This document shows, piece by piece, positions 9,427 to 19,700 of a stretch of DNA of 43,418 nt (position 1 is the first letter of the stretch; each line of letters starts with the position of its first letter). A program made the translations under genes and the position numbers. Source of the stretch: a virus (Duplodnaviria; Caudoviricetes); IMG/VR virus record IMGVR_UViG_3300032290_001207, positions 1-43,418 of that record. One strand, given 5' to 3'. Below the pieces are notes generated by a model. It was not told where the DNA came from, searched no databases, and saw only the letters and a list, made by a program, of their open reading frames with translations.

Positions 9427-9791
9427 TATAAACTTCTCCTTATTTTAAGACCCTTAACTTTTTGTCCAGTTGAATTTTTTACTTGTATTGTAAAATATAT
9501 TGTTGGTGGAATAGTTGTATAATCAACTTTCTGTTCTCCCTTTATTGATATATCGGATAAAGACGGAATCATTGTTCCAGTACCATCTCCTGGATCTGGG
9601 TCTGGATCTGGATCTGGGCCTGGGTCCGAGCCTCCAAAATTAGAACCAAGAGCTGTTTTTGTTGGCTCTATCCCTGACTCTATAAATCTAATCGCTAGCG
9701 GGTCTAGGGTGGTAGCTAGTGGGTCCCCCTCAAAAAAATAAATATAAGGGGATTGGTCTATCTCATTTGAGGATATTTTTTCTGATGCCAT
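9426..9791 (-). CDS. Hypothetical tail-module protein with (DP)n linker
   Basis: 121 aa containing DPGPDPDPDPDPG; TAATG coupling to the downstream gene. Confidence 0.7.
   Translation of the reverse strand: MASEKISSNEIDQSPYIYFFEGDPLATTLDPLAIRFIESGIEPTKTALGSNFGGSDPGPDPDPDPDPGDGTGTMIPSLSDISIKGEQKVDYTTIPPTIYFTIQVKNSTGQKVKGLKIRRSL
9588..9626 (-). repeat. 6-nt coding microrepeat (Asp-Pro)n
   Basis: tggatc/tgggtc hexamers in tandem. Confidence 0.85.
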
Positions 9792-9797
9792 TTTAAA

Positions 9798-9806
9798 ATT
9801 ATACCA
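9798..9806 (-). promoter_or_regulatory. Extended -10 promoter, probably leaderless mRNA
   Basis: TGG-TATAAT followed by 6 nt and then the ATG at 9791; no SD sequence. Confidence 0.6.
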
Positions 9807-11216
9807 TTATTCAGAATAAATTGATCTTGCCTGAATTGTGGTTTTAATACCCCCGCTCCAAGTTTGAGATATACTATTTACAATAAATTTTTCTGTTCCT
9901 GTTAGCCCATGATAGCTGTAATCTACAGAAATTATATCTCCAATTTGTATTTTTGGATTGGCTATTACTTCTAAATTAAGCGAAACTTGTTGATTTTTCC
10001 ACTGCGTCTTTATCCAGTCGGATAACTCTTTTGCCTCAGACTCTCTTTGAATCCATTTTGAATCAAATGTAATTGGCTCCTGGGTATCATACTTATTTAA
10101 AGACTCATCCATATAAATCAAACCACTGCTATTTATTATGCCATTCCCAACTACGCTAATCTTGCTAACGGATGATTGTTCTAGCGGAACAAATGTGCCA
10201 GAGTTATTTATTATATATGCTTTAACATTAAATGGACTTAGATTAAATCCAACTAAATCAACATACTTATTAATATTAAGTGATATGTATTTTGCTGCCG
10301 CTGGTTGGCTTGAGTAATCTTTGTCTATGTATTTAATTTCTCTTGCAACTGGCCCGAACTCTTCTATCCATATATTTGGTGAAGTTTTTTGTATTTTGTT
10401 AATGCCGCTTAGCCACAGATCACCATATACAAAGTTAGTTGACATTTGAGCAAATTGATTTTTGTATATTTCTTGAACTAAATTAGAACTGTACTCTGCT
10501 TCCGTGATTGACCTTGCATAAACATAATCAAATCCAATAGTTCCAAGACTGCAGAATAAACCAATTTTATTACTTTTTGCCAACCTTCCCGCCGCTTTGT
10601 CTACAGCAGTAATTGTGTACCCGTCTATAAAAGCAGTAATTGTTGTTTTTGTTGGTTCTACCTTTACGTTTACATCTAGCTTATATGCAGTTCCTTGCAA
10701 TATATTTGTAACCCTTGCAGTCTTTAATATTTTTTGTGAGTCTGCTATTCTAGAAATTATAGTAGATCCTTTTTCTGAATTATAGGAAGTTTTTAAAATT
10801 TGAAACTCATCAGATGTATTGCTAGCAGCCAGGCCTGTAGTTTTAATATTAATTACGTACCCAGTCTTGCCATCGTTATTAACAAAAAACGATATACCTC
10901 CCGAAGACTCTTTTGTTGCAGATTCACTTTCTGGTTTAAAGAACAAAGTTGTTCCAAATGAATAATAGTTAGATTCTGTTGATAGCCCTGTGTCTCTTAC
11001 TGCCATCGTTACTGAATTTGGATTGTCGTCTAATGAGTCTATTATAAGCAAAGATTTTGAAACAGTAACTCCTTTTGTTATAACAGATTTTGGTGTTGTA
11101 GTGCTTTCTGGGGCTGTCGCTGTGGGGTCTACTTGATTAAATAAATTAGTTTTATCCGTGGGTGATCCATCAATTGTCCAAATTTCTTCATCAGGTCTTA
11201 TAGGAAGGTACGGCAT
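9807..11216 (-). CDS. Minor tail protein (tail tip/hub, lectin-like middle region)
   Basis: ORF track gives 11231, but ATG at 11216 (MPYLP) overlaps the upstream stop as TAATG. C-terminal ANPKIQIGDII motif is typical of tail hub proteins. Confidence 0.7.
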   Translation of the reverse strand: MPYLPIRPDEEIWTIDGSPTDKTNLFNQVDPTATAPESTTTPKSVITKGVTVSKSLLIIDSLDDNPNSVTMAVRDTGLSTESNYYSFGTTLFFKPESESATKESSGGISFFVNNDGKTGYVINIKTTGLAASNTSDEFQILKTSYNSEKGSTIISRIADSQKILKTARVTNILQGTAYKLDVNVKVEPTKTTITAFIDGYTITAVDKAAGRLAKSNKIGLFCSLGTIGFDYVYARSITEAEYSSNLVQEIYKNQFAQMSTNFVYGDLWLSGINKIQKTSPNIWIEEFGPVAREIKYIDKDYSSQPAAAKYISLNINKYVDLVGFNLSPFNVKAYIINNSGTFVPLEQSSVSKISVVGNGIINSSGLIYMDESLNKYDTQEPITFDSKWIQRESEAKELSDWIKTQWKNQQVSLNLEVIANPKIQIGDIISVDYSYHGLTGTEKFIVNSISQTWSGGIKTTIQARSIYSE

Positions 11217-13234
11217 TAGTTCACCACCCAAGACAAGCCACTGTACACGTTCCAGGTACTGTAATCAACTACTGGTGTGTGGGCTTCGGGCTTAGTGTTA
11301 AACGCACCCCTAGTTTTTATTCTATACCTACAATTTGGATATATCCTAGGCTGGTTAGTTACACTTGGCATAGCAAGTCCTGCGTATTTAGATAAGTCTG
11401 TTTCTGATGTTATATCTACAGGAACCATTGTACCAGCAGCATAATTAATTGATTTAATTACTATAGGATCTTTTGTTTGAAATTCATACTGAATTGCATC
11501 ATATTCAATTACTTCTGAGTCTATTAAAAAATGTCCGCTGTATGAGAGTGCAACTTTTTGTGAGGTTAAATTAGGCTGAAGTATTGAGGTTGCATCCATA
11601 TCAATATATTTGCTTAACAATGGAGAATCTTCTTTAGCAATAGTTTTTGTTATTGCACCAGCTGCTAACCAAGTACTTCCAATATTTACAATTTCTTTTG
11701 ATTCTTGGTAATTAATATTTTCATATGCTGTGTAGTACGTAACCTTAACATTGTTTACACTGGGCAAAACTTTTTTATCTATTGATATTATATTTGAAAG
11801 GCTTTCTCCGTCTGGTTCATTTCTAAATTCATAAGATACGGTTCTGTCTTTGTCAAAGATAAAATCCCTAGTATAGAATTGAAGTACTCCGCTATTATCA
11901 ACAAAGGCAATCATTTGAGAATCTCTGCAAAGATCTTGTATTAAAGACCACACCGTATCGTTTCCATCAGACCACCAGTAGCTTGGCTTTGATATAGATT
12001 TTTCTTTTTCTGGGTCTGTGTTGTAATTAATATTGTAATTTGTAAAGCCAACAGTATCCAGCATTCTTCTTATAATTGCTGGCATTGTGTAGTTTTCGCA
12101 AAGCATCTGTGGGCAAAGTATCTCTTGTAGTATTTTGGCGGAGTCAAGTGCCGTAATTGAAACTTGTCCAGAAGTAGATATGTTCCAAGAATCAATATAA
12201 AAGATGCCTTGGTTTAATTTAAAATATTTACCCATCTCATCTTCTTTGTCTCCCGTCGAGTTGTATATCTTATAAAAAACTTTAACTTCTGCATTTTTTA
12301 TTATATAAACACTGTCAGCGTTAATAGGACTTGAATTTAATTTACTATATACCTTATATACAAGATCTTGTCCTCTATTTCCTAACAGGTTTAAAGACAA
12401 AGAGTTTGCTGTAACATTTCCGACTGCAAGTAGATCTTCTGTGCTAGAAGAGGTCTCCTTATTTAATGTAAAGTCAATTAAATCAGAAGTTATATCATAA
12501 ACTAAATGAGGAGCTAGTTCTATTACTGCTACGTATCCTCCAGGATTTGTTGCCCCCATTGCTATTGAAGAGAATGTAGTTGTAGAGGACATGTTTAGAT
12601 CTGCCTCATTTGTACTCCATGTTGTACCAGTCCAATATATTGTAACCACCCCAGCATTAAATCCAGTTGTTGGAATAGAGGTTCCGTCTTTTAGCAAAAC
12701 ATTATTTCCATATATATACCATCTTGATGGTATTGCATGTGCTGTTTCAAATTTTAAAACTATTTTGTTGCATCGTACGTTTTTTGGGTAGACGGTTGCA
12801 TCATATTTAATTTTTAATGCAGCATGTCCGTTTACAAAGCTTACCCAATATTTATAATAGTTAGAGGCAGAAGAATAATATGTTCTATAGGTATTACCAA
12901 GAACTGGCTTGTATGTTATTTGTTTGGGGTCGGCCCAAGAGCCTTTTAAAACATCACCACTAATAGCATGTTTTATGCCTGCACCCTCTGGTCTATTGGC
13001 TTTGACAATTGTGTCTACAGGAAATAGTTTATTGAACGGTCTTTTAGATTCTATCTCTTTATATACAATAGGAGCCTCAGCACTTGCTCCGTTTGTGTGG
13101 TCTGCAAATGATTTAATAGATGCTTCATTAAACTGAATCATCTGGTTTAGATTTAAATCTATTGTCCCGCCAGCATTTACTTTAATGCTATGGTTAAAAT
13201 TAAATATTTCTAGGGATTGATCTAGGGTAGCCAT
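11216..13234 (-). CDS. Minor tail protein (Tal/hub-like)
   Basis: Likely start at 13234 (MATLDQ, TAATG overlap). Contains GIFYIDSW...ITALD and VWSLIQDLC...FVDNSGVLQF hub-like motifs; second gene after the TMP. Confidence 0.7.
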   Translation of the reverse strand: MATLDQSLEIFNFNHSIKVNAGGTIDLNLNQMIQFNEASIKSFADHTNGASAEAPIVYKEIESKRPFNKLFPVDTIVKANRPEGAGIKHAISGDVLKGSWADPKQITYKPVLGNTYRTYYSSASNYYKYWVSFVNGHAALKIKYDATVYPKNVRCNKIVLKFETAHAIPSRWYIYGNNVLLKDGTSIPTTGFNAGVVTIYWTGTTWSTNEADLNMSSTTTFSSIAMGATNPGGYVAVIELAPHLVYDITSDLIDFTLNKETSSSTEDLLAVGNVTANSLSLNLLGNRGQDLVYKVYSKLNSSPINADSVYIIKNAEVKVFYKIYNSTGDKEDEMGKYFKLNQGIFYIDSWNISTSGQVSITALDSAKILQEILCPQMLCENYTMPAIIRRMLDTVGFTNYNINYNTDPEKEKSISKPSYWWSDGNDTVWSLIQDLCRDSQMIAFVDNSGVLQFYTRDFIFDKDRTVSYEFRNEPDGESLSNIISIDKKVLPSVNNVKVTYYTAYENINYQESKEIVNIGSTWLAAGAITKTIAKEDSPLLSKYIDMDATSILQPNLTSQKVALSYSGHFLIDSEVIEYDAIQYEFQTKDPIVIKSINYAAGTMVPVDITSETDLSKYAGLAMPSVTNQPRIYPNCRYRIKTRGAFNTKPEAHTPVVDYSTWNVYSGLSWVVN

Positions 13235-13728
13235 TATACTTCTTCTAATGTAATTGATACGGACCAGTGTGGTTGTAGTCCTCTTTTTAAAACTGTAAAG
13301 CTGCAACTTTGAAATGCTACATCGTATTCTGTTGTTTTATTAGTTACCACGCCAGCAGATGTGCTTTCTGCTAAATTTACTTTTATTTTAAATACACCCT
13401 GACCAAGGTCGGTATCATAAAAAGTTCTTATGTCCTCTGCGCCCCAGGCACCGTCCACAGTTATATCTCTGTAAGATGGCAGCATATCCCAGGAAACGGA
13501 GAATGTTTTTTTATCAGCAATAAAAAATTTTCTTAAGGTACCATTTGAAGTTCTTTGTACTTGCTCAATTCTATTATTATCCATTGTAAAAGATGATCTG
13601 TTATGTTCTGTTAATTTATTCCATTGCAAGGATGTGACAGGGGCGCTTACCAAAACCCCATTGACTACCGCCATGTTCAGAGGGTCAGGGGCATAGATTG
13701 ATAAAATAGATCCTCTACTTAGTATCAT
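13234..13728 (-). CDS. Distal tail (Dit-like) protein
   Basis: 164 aa, immediately after the TMP (ATGA overlap), ending in ITLEEV. Confidence 0.6.
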   Translation of the reverse strand: MILSRGSILSIYAPDPLNMAVVNGVLVSAPVTSLQWNKLTEHNRSSFTMDNNRIEQVQRTSNGTLRKFFIADKKTFSVSWDMLPSYRDITVDGAWGAEDIRTFYDTDLGQGVFKIKVNLAESTSAGVVTNKTTEYDVAFQSCSFTVLKRGLQPHWSVSITLEEV

Positions 13729-16700
13729 TTATTCCTTGACCTTCCTGCCATTGCATCACGCAATTGCATTTCCCTAGATATTGCTCGTGCAACATCGTCT
13801 GGGCTTAAGTTGTTTCCATTAAGTGTAACATTTATATTATACTCGGAACCTGATTTAATGTCATACCCATTTGCATTTGGATTAAATGGATTCATTACTG
13901 CTGGTATTACCGCCTCATTTTTATGAAGCAGTGCAAGCATATCGGCTGGTACCATATTAATACCATTTTCAAATTTAGGTATACTAAGATTTGCAGAATA
14001 AGAAGGATTAACATATCCGCCATCGGCATACTGGATTTTATCTTTAGATAGAGGATTAAGAAGTTTCTTTCTTTTTAATCTATTAAATGGTTCAGGAAGC
14101 CATGATGCTCCATCCCCATCTAACCCTAGGCCAGGGATTGAATATCCTGGGGTCCAGTAGTTCATACGCGCTTCGCGGAAATCTTCTTTAGGTTGGCCCA
14201 TAGATGAATCGGGTGGAAGTGGTGGCACATTTTCAAGAACTGGGCCGCGATATCGAGTAACATATCCTCCATTTGCATACCCAGAAGGGGAAGCAATATT
14301 AAATTTATTTTTCTTTAAATACTCTAAGAAATTTTTGCCAAATGGCTTAAATGATCCATTTTTAAATCCAGTTTCTCCATTTTGAGAAAGAAACCAGTTT
14401 TCTAATATGTTGTTGTATCTATCTTCTTTTGAACGATTAGCAAATGCAAGTGGGCCATAATTTTTACCTATCGATCCATTTGGCCAATAGTTCCATTTTT
14501 CATTTCCTGGTCTATCAATTACATTTGTCACTGTTCCCTCTGCGTATTGAGTTCCTTGCAGATTGTATCTTGCGCCATCTCTGAATCCATATAATGTATT
14601 TTCTAAAGATTTTGGCTGCGCCCACTCGGAGCCTCCCCACCTAAATATGTCGTATGCATTAGTTGGATTAGATATTGAAACTCCAGTAGCAACTCTCTTT
14701 GATTTGACTGCATCCAATGCGGCAAGCAAAGTTTTTGTGCCTATCGTCGGAATTGACATTGGTGACAAGGCTGAGTTCATTGAATTTGCTGGATACGCGT
14801 ACTGTACCCAGTCTATATCCTGAGTTTGTGGAGTAAATAAGCCTTGCCCAGATCGGCCTCCGCCAGGAATTGAACCATCGGGGATGTATCCTCCAGGACC
14901 AAGGTCTGGGGTATCTTGGTAGTAGTTTGGTAGATCTTCCAGCCATTCATAACTTCCCCAGCCTCCTGGTGTACCTGGACTTGAGGGGTCAAGAGGAATG
15001 TCTTTATTCCCATTAGGCAAAGAGTACCAAGATGGTTTAGATGGGTCGTATACAGTATTTGGGTTATAGTTTGCCTCTTGTCCATACCCAAGCTGATTCT
15101 TTCCTTTTCCAAAATTATATTTTGGATATCCCCAATTGGAATTATTTAATGCAGTATAAAGTTTTTCTGGGCCGCCGAAACGTGTCCCAGTTGTTAAAGC
15201 TTCTACAATTTTATCATATCCATTTTTTTGTGGGTTTAATGACAAAGTTTTTATTACAGCATCAATGCCTTGTTCCCATGAAGTGTATGCCTGCACTCCA
15301 GTTCCAGTTTTTTTATTAACTGTATTAACTTTTTTAGACCCTGGCATTTCTAAAGTTGTATTAAGTGGGTTATACAAAGCCTTGTTGTTCCAATGACCAC
15401 CTTCTTGGAATATCCAGGCCCTTATTCCACTAGCAAGCCCTTCGGTTGGTTCGCCTCCCAATCTTTGAATAAGTGCTTTTGCAAACTGAGTGGGGGTTTT
15501 AATATCTAATTTTTTAGTTGACGGTGTTGGAAGAGTACGAACTGTTGGATTTAATTGAAGCTTTAACAAGTCTGCGTATTCCTTATTAAGTAAATCTGGC
15601 ATCATATTTTGATCGTTAACATTTAAAGGCTTAGCTTCAAAGTTTAACAGACGCTGTACTGTTTCCCTTGCGTGTTTGCTATCTCCAATAAATGTTCCGA
15701 TATCTTGGCCCAAGTAATCTGCAAGACCTAAATCTGTGTCGCGTGTTCTAAATCCTCTTAAATATAAATCAAATCTTTGCTTATTATCTTTAGGGTGGCT
15801 TGAGTCATAAATTTCAATGCCTTTGTCTGTGGGGGTTGCAAGGCTAGCATATTGTTTTTGTAAATATTTTGTTACAGATTTTGAAGACAAGTCTTTCATA
15901 TAACCAGCATTATACATCTCTGACATTATGCTACCGCTTAAGAAGTCTGCATTGGATTCAGTTGTGTCTTTCCAGTCCATAAATGATCCATCTTTATTTT
16001 TAAATAATTTAGACTTTGTATTTTTTCCACTAATTTCGTTAGCAAGTCTATATTGCAAGTTATGACCGTATTCATGAAACATAATTGATAGCAATGACAT
16101 TTTGTATGAATCGTCTGTTAGCAATTTACCATTAATAAAATCAGAGTATTTTTTTACATCAAAGCCTTTTGGTCCGCCAGGTGCATAACTTTCAAAAGTT
16201 GGATCATAAGTATTTTTATTAGCACCATCTTCTGGAAGCCATGCCTGTTTTCCTAGTCCTGCTGTTGTTGCTGGCTGTAGTAGCATCATTTGGCCTAGGT
16301 CTCCAAAAGTTGCCATGTTCCCAGCTACACCTAATTTATGTCCACCGATATCGCCATAGCCAGGATCGTATCCACCAATATAAGATGCTATATTTCTTGG
16401 GTGAGTCACTTGTAGATTTGTTAAAATTGGATTTTTTAATAGTCCAGGATCGCCAGCAGCTTTAAGATGTCTATCATATTTTGCTCCGTAATAAGTATTT
16501 AAAAGAGCTCCCCATGCATGTATCCATTTTGAAACATTTGCTTCGTTTGTAGTCATGGAATCTACAATAGTATTTCCAACTATAAAATCTTTTGATCCTG
16601 CATCTTTATTGGAAAGATCTTTTTTTGCGGCTGCCATCCACTTATCAATTTCTGCCTGTGTGGGCTTCATGCCAAATAAATCTGATATGAATCCTCCGCC

Positions 16701-19700
16701 GTGGAATCTAGGGATACCGCTCTTTCTATTTTTTGCTAGCCCTCCCTCAGCGTAGTTTCCAGGTATAATATTTTTAAGAAGATCTTGAATTACTTCTCCT
16801 GGAAGCTGTGCGAGTAGGTATTCTGTTTGTCCTGGTAGGTCTTTCATTCCAGCCTTAGCCCATAGCTTATTCCAATTGACAAGCTTAGGAATAACATCTA
16901 CCGCAGATGTAGCAAACCTTCCCATAACGGATGAGGCACTCTTAAAGTATTTACCATTTTCTTTATCACGTAATGCTTGCTGATACATCTTTTCATCTTT
17001 TGGATCCATCCAATTAGGATTTCCAGTTGCGGCGCCAGCCATATATTTACTGCCAGATATTCCAGATGTTATTATATCCTTTGGAAGATTTCCTAAATAG
17101 CTAAGCAGTCCTTGAACAATACGCCCGAAAGGAGTATCGGAATTTATTGCTGGTTTAAGTTGACCAAATGGCTTGGGGGCAACTAAGTTTGCTAAACCAC
17201 CTGTTCCAAATTTTTGAGCATTTAGTGCATCAAATGTTTCTGCTCCGTATTTCTTTACAGAATCTGCTTTAATTACATATTCCCCATTTGAAAGCATGGC
17301 AGGTATAGAGTCTGATGTTGCTGTTCCTGCGCCACGTATATATCCGTCTGGTGTAAGGTAGTCTGTAACTCTTCCACCAGATGCAAATTTCTTTATGCTT
17401 AGTTCTGTGCCAGCAAAGATTTTTGATCCGCCCTTGTACTTTGGATCATTTAGATGAGGATTCATCTCTATTAATGACTTAAGAGGAATTCCGTATTTTT
17501 TAGAAATTGCAGATAAAGTGTCTCCTCTTTTTACTGTGTATCTAGAGTTTTCGTAATTTAGTTTAGCCTGATCCGATGTCTGATATTTAACATTATCAGT
17601 ATCTACATTTTCCTCATCTACATCTATTGGCTTATATGAAGGTCTTCCAAATCCTACAATTGGAGCACCCTTCTCATTGTATTTTCTTCTTTTTATAAAT
17701 ACTCCGCCGCCCATTCTTTGGTTTCCAGAAGATCCCGTATTTCCTTCTATAGTTGAAACTGCATTTTTGCTCAGAACATTTCTTACTAACCCTACGTGAG
17801 AAATTCTGTTTACACCATCTCCTGGAAAATTCATGAAAGCTAAATCTCCACGAACTGGATTTTGTGTCCACTTACCAGTTGATTTAAATGATTGAGCTCC
17901 TCCAGGAGTCCATACCATACTTGCTAAATCTACCCCAGATTTTTTGGCTACCCAATTTATGAAGGCGCCACACCATGCAATATATTTAGTTTTTAGATCA
18001 TATACCTTTTGGGCAAACCTTCCAAATATAGTGTCGTTATTTCTTCCTTCTCGATATCCTAGCATAGACTCAGCTGTTTCAATCATTGAGCTTGCTGTTC
18101 CTAATTTACCAACTGGTCCGCCCTGGGCGAACTTGCCAGCATTTAGTGCATCAAATGTTCCTGTTCCATATTTTGCAACAGAAGACGCTTTAATTACATA
18201 CTCTCCGTTTGAAAGATAGGCTGGAATGGAATCAGATGTTGCGGTTCCTTCACCTCGTATGTATCCTCCAGATGCTTTTGCTGTAACTCTACCATATTGG
18301 TCACCAGTCTCAATCCTGCTTCCAGGAACTCTGTTTCCTCTTATAACATTTCCAGATGCGTCAAGTCTATAAATCCATCCATTAAAGTGAAAAAATTCTC
18401 CTGCAGTAATAGCGTTATCTGCAACAATTTGTTTTCTAGCGTCGGAAGTCAGTACACCAAGATCTCCAGTCTTGGAATCTTTCCAGGTCGCATAAGTTCC
18501 CTTTGCGGCAATTGCAGTTCTTGCACTTCTGTGACCGTCCATGACTGCATAGTACAAATCATAAAGAGTTTTTCCGCCACCAAGGCCTTTAATTATATTT
18601 CCAGTTTCTTTTGCAGCCGCATTAATGTTGTCGAAGGCTGTGCCATAAGTAGTTATCGGAGTAGGGCTTACTGATGAATCATACTTTAGTCCGCTGTTTA
18701 CTGTTGCAAGTGAGCTACCATCTTTGCCAATAAAAGTTCCGCCAAAGATATCTTGTATCATGCCAGACAAAGATTTATCTTTGCCCTTTGCATCTGCTTC
18801 TAGGTTTGTTCCAAGAAGTTTTACATTTCCAATATATCTCTTTTCAGCCAGTGCATAAATTTCTTTTTCAGCATCTGTTCTCTGAGGTGTAGCGCTCAGT
18901 GCCATCTTATCTTTAATTAATTGTTCGTATCTTAATTGATATTCTTGAATTTTTGAAAGACGGATTTGATTTAAGCTAGCAGCTTCTTGTAAGGCAGCTA
19001 ATCTTTTTGCAGATTTTTCTGCTTCGTCTTGAATACTTTTCTTTCTGGCTTCTTCTTTTTTGACGTCAGCAATTCTCTTATCTTCAATAGCTTGCAATGC
19101 TGCTGCTGTTTGTATTTGTTTTTCTAGCTGGGTTATCTTAATTTGTGCAGATGCAGCGGCATCCATGTCTCCAGTGGCAAGAGCTGCTTGGTAATCAATT
19201 TGTAGAAGCTGCATTTGTAGAGCGTTACTTTCTACATTTTCTATATCTTGAAGTGCTCTTTTCCTTGCTTCTGCTTCTTCATTAATTTTTGCTATTTTTT
19301 TATCAATTGCTTTTATTTCATCTTCAGCATTTACCATATTTTTATTATGGGCTTTTTGAGCTGCTTCAAGACCTTTTCCAATAGTTAACTTAAGCTTTGA
19401 AATTATTTTTTCAGATTTACCAAGTATTCCGACACCAGTTTTTTCCATTGCATCAAGAGCGGACTGCTGAATTGCAACAAACTCTCCCATTGCAATAGCT
19501 TCAGCGGCACTCATATTTTTTAAATCAACATCTACTCCTGCTAGGAGCAACTGCCATTTTGCCATTGTGCTTGCTATGCTGTCGCTTGTAGTTAATATTT
19601 CTTCTAAATGCGGATGTGTTTCTTTTAAGCTTTCTACTTGGGTCTTAGTTAATGTTCCTTGTCTGGCAGATGCGCTATTAATTTTTTCCATTGTAATTCG

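Noticed and set aside
11200-11240. Frameshift or split pseudogene between the two minor tail ORFs
   Set aside because: A clean TAATG stop-start overlap at 11214-11218 explains the junction as translational coupling, as seen at many other junctions here.
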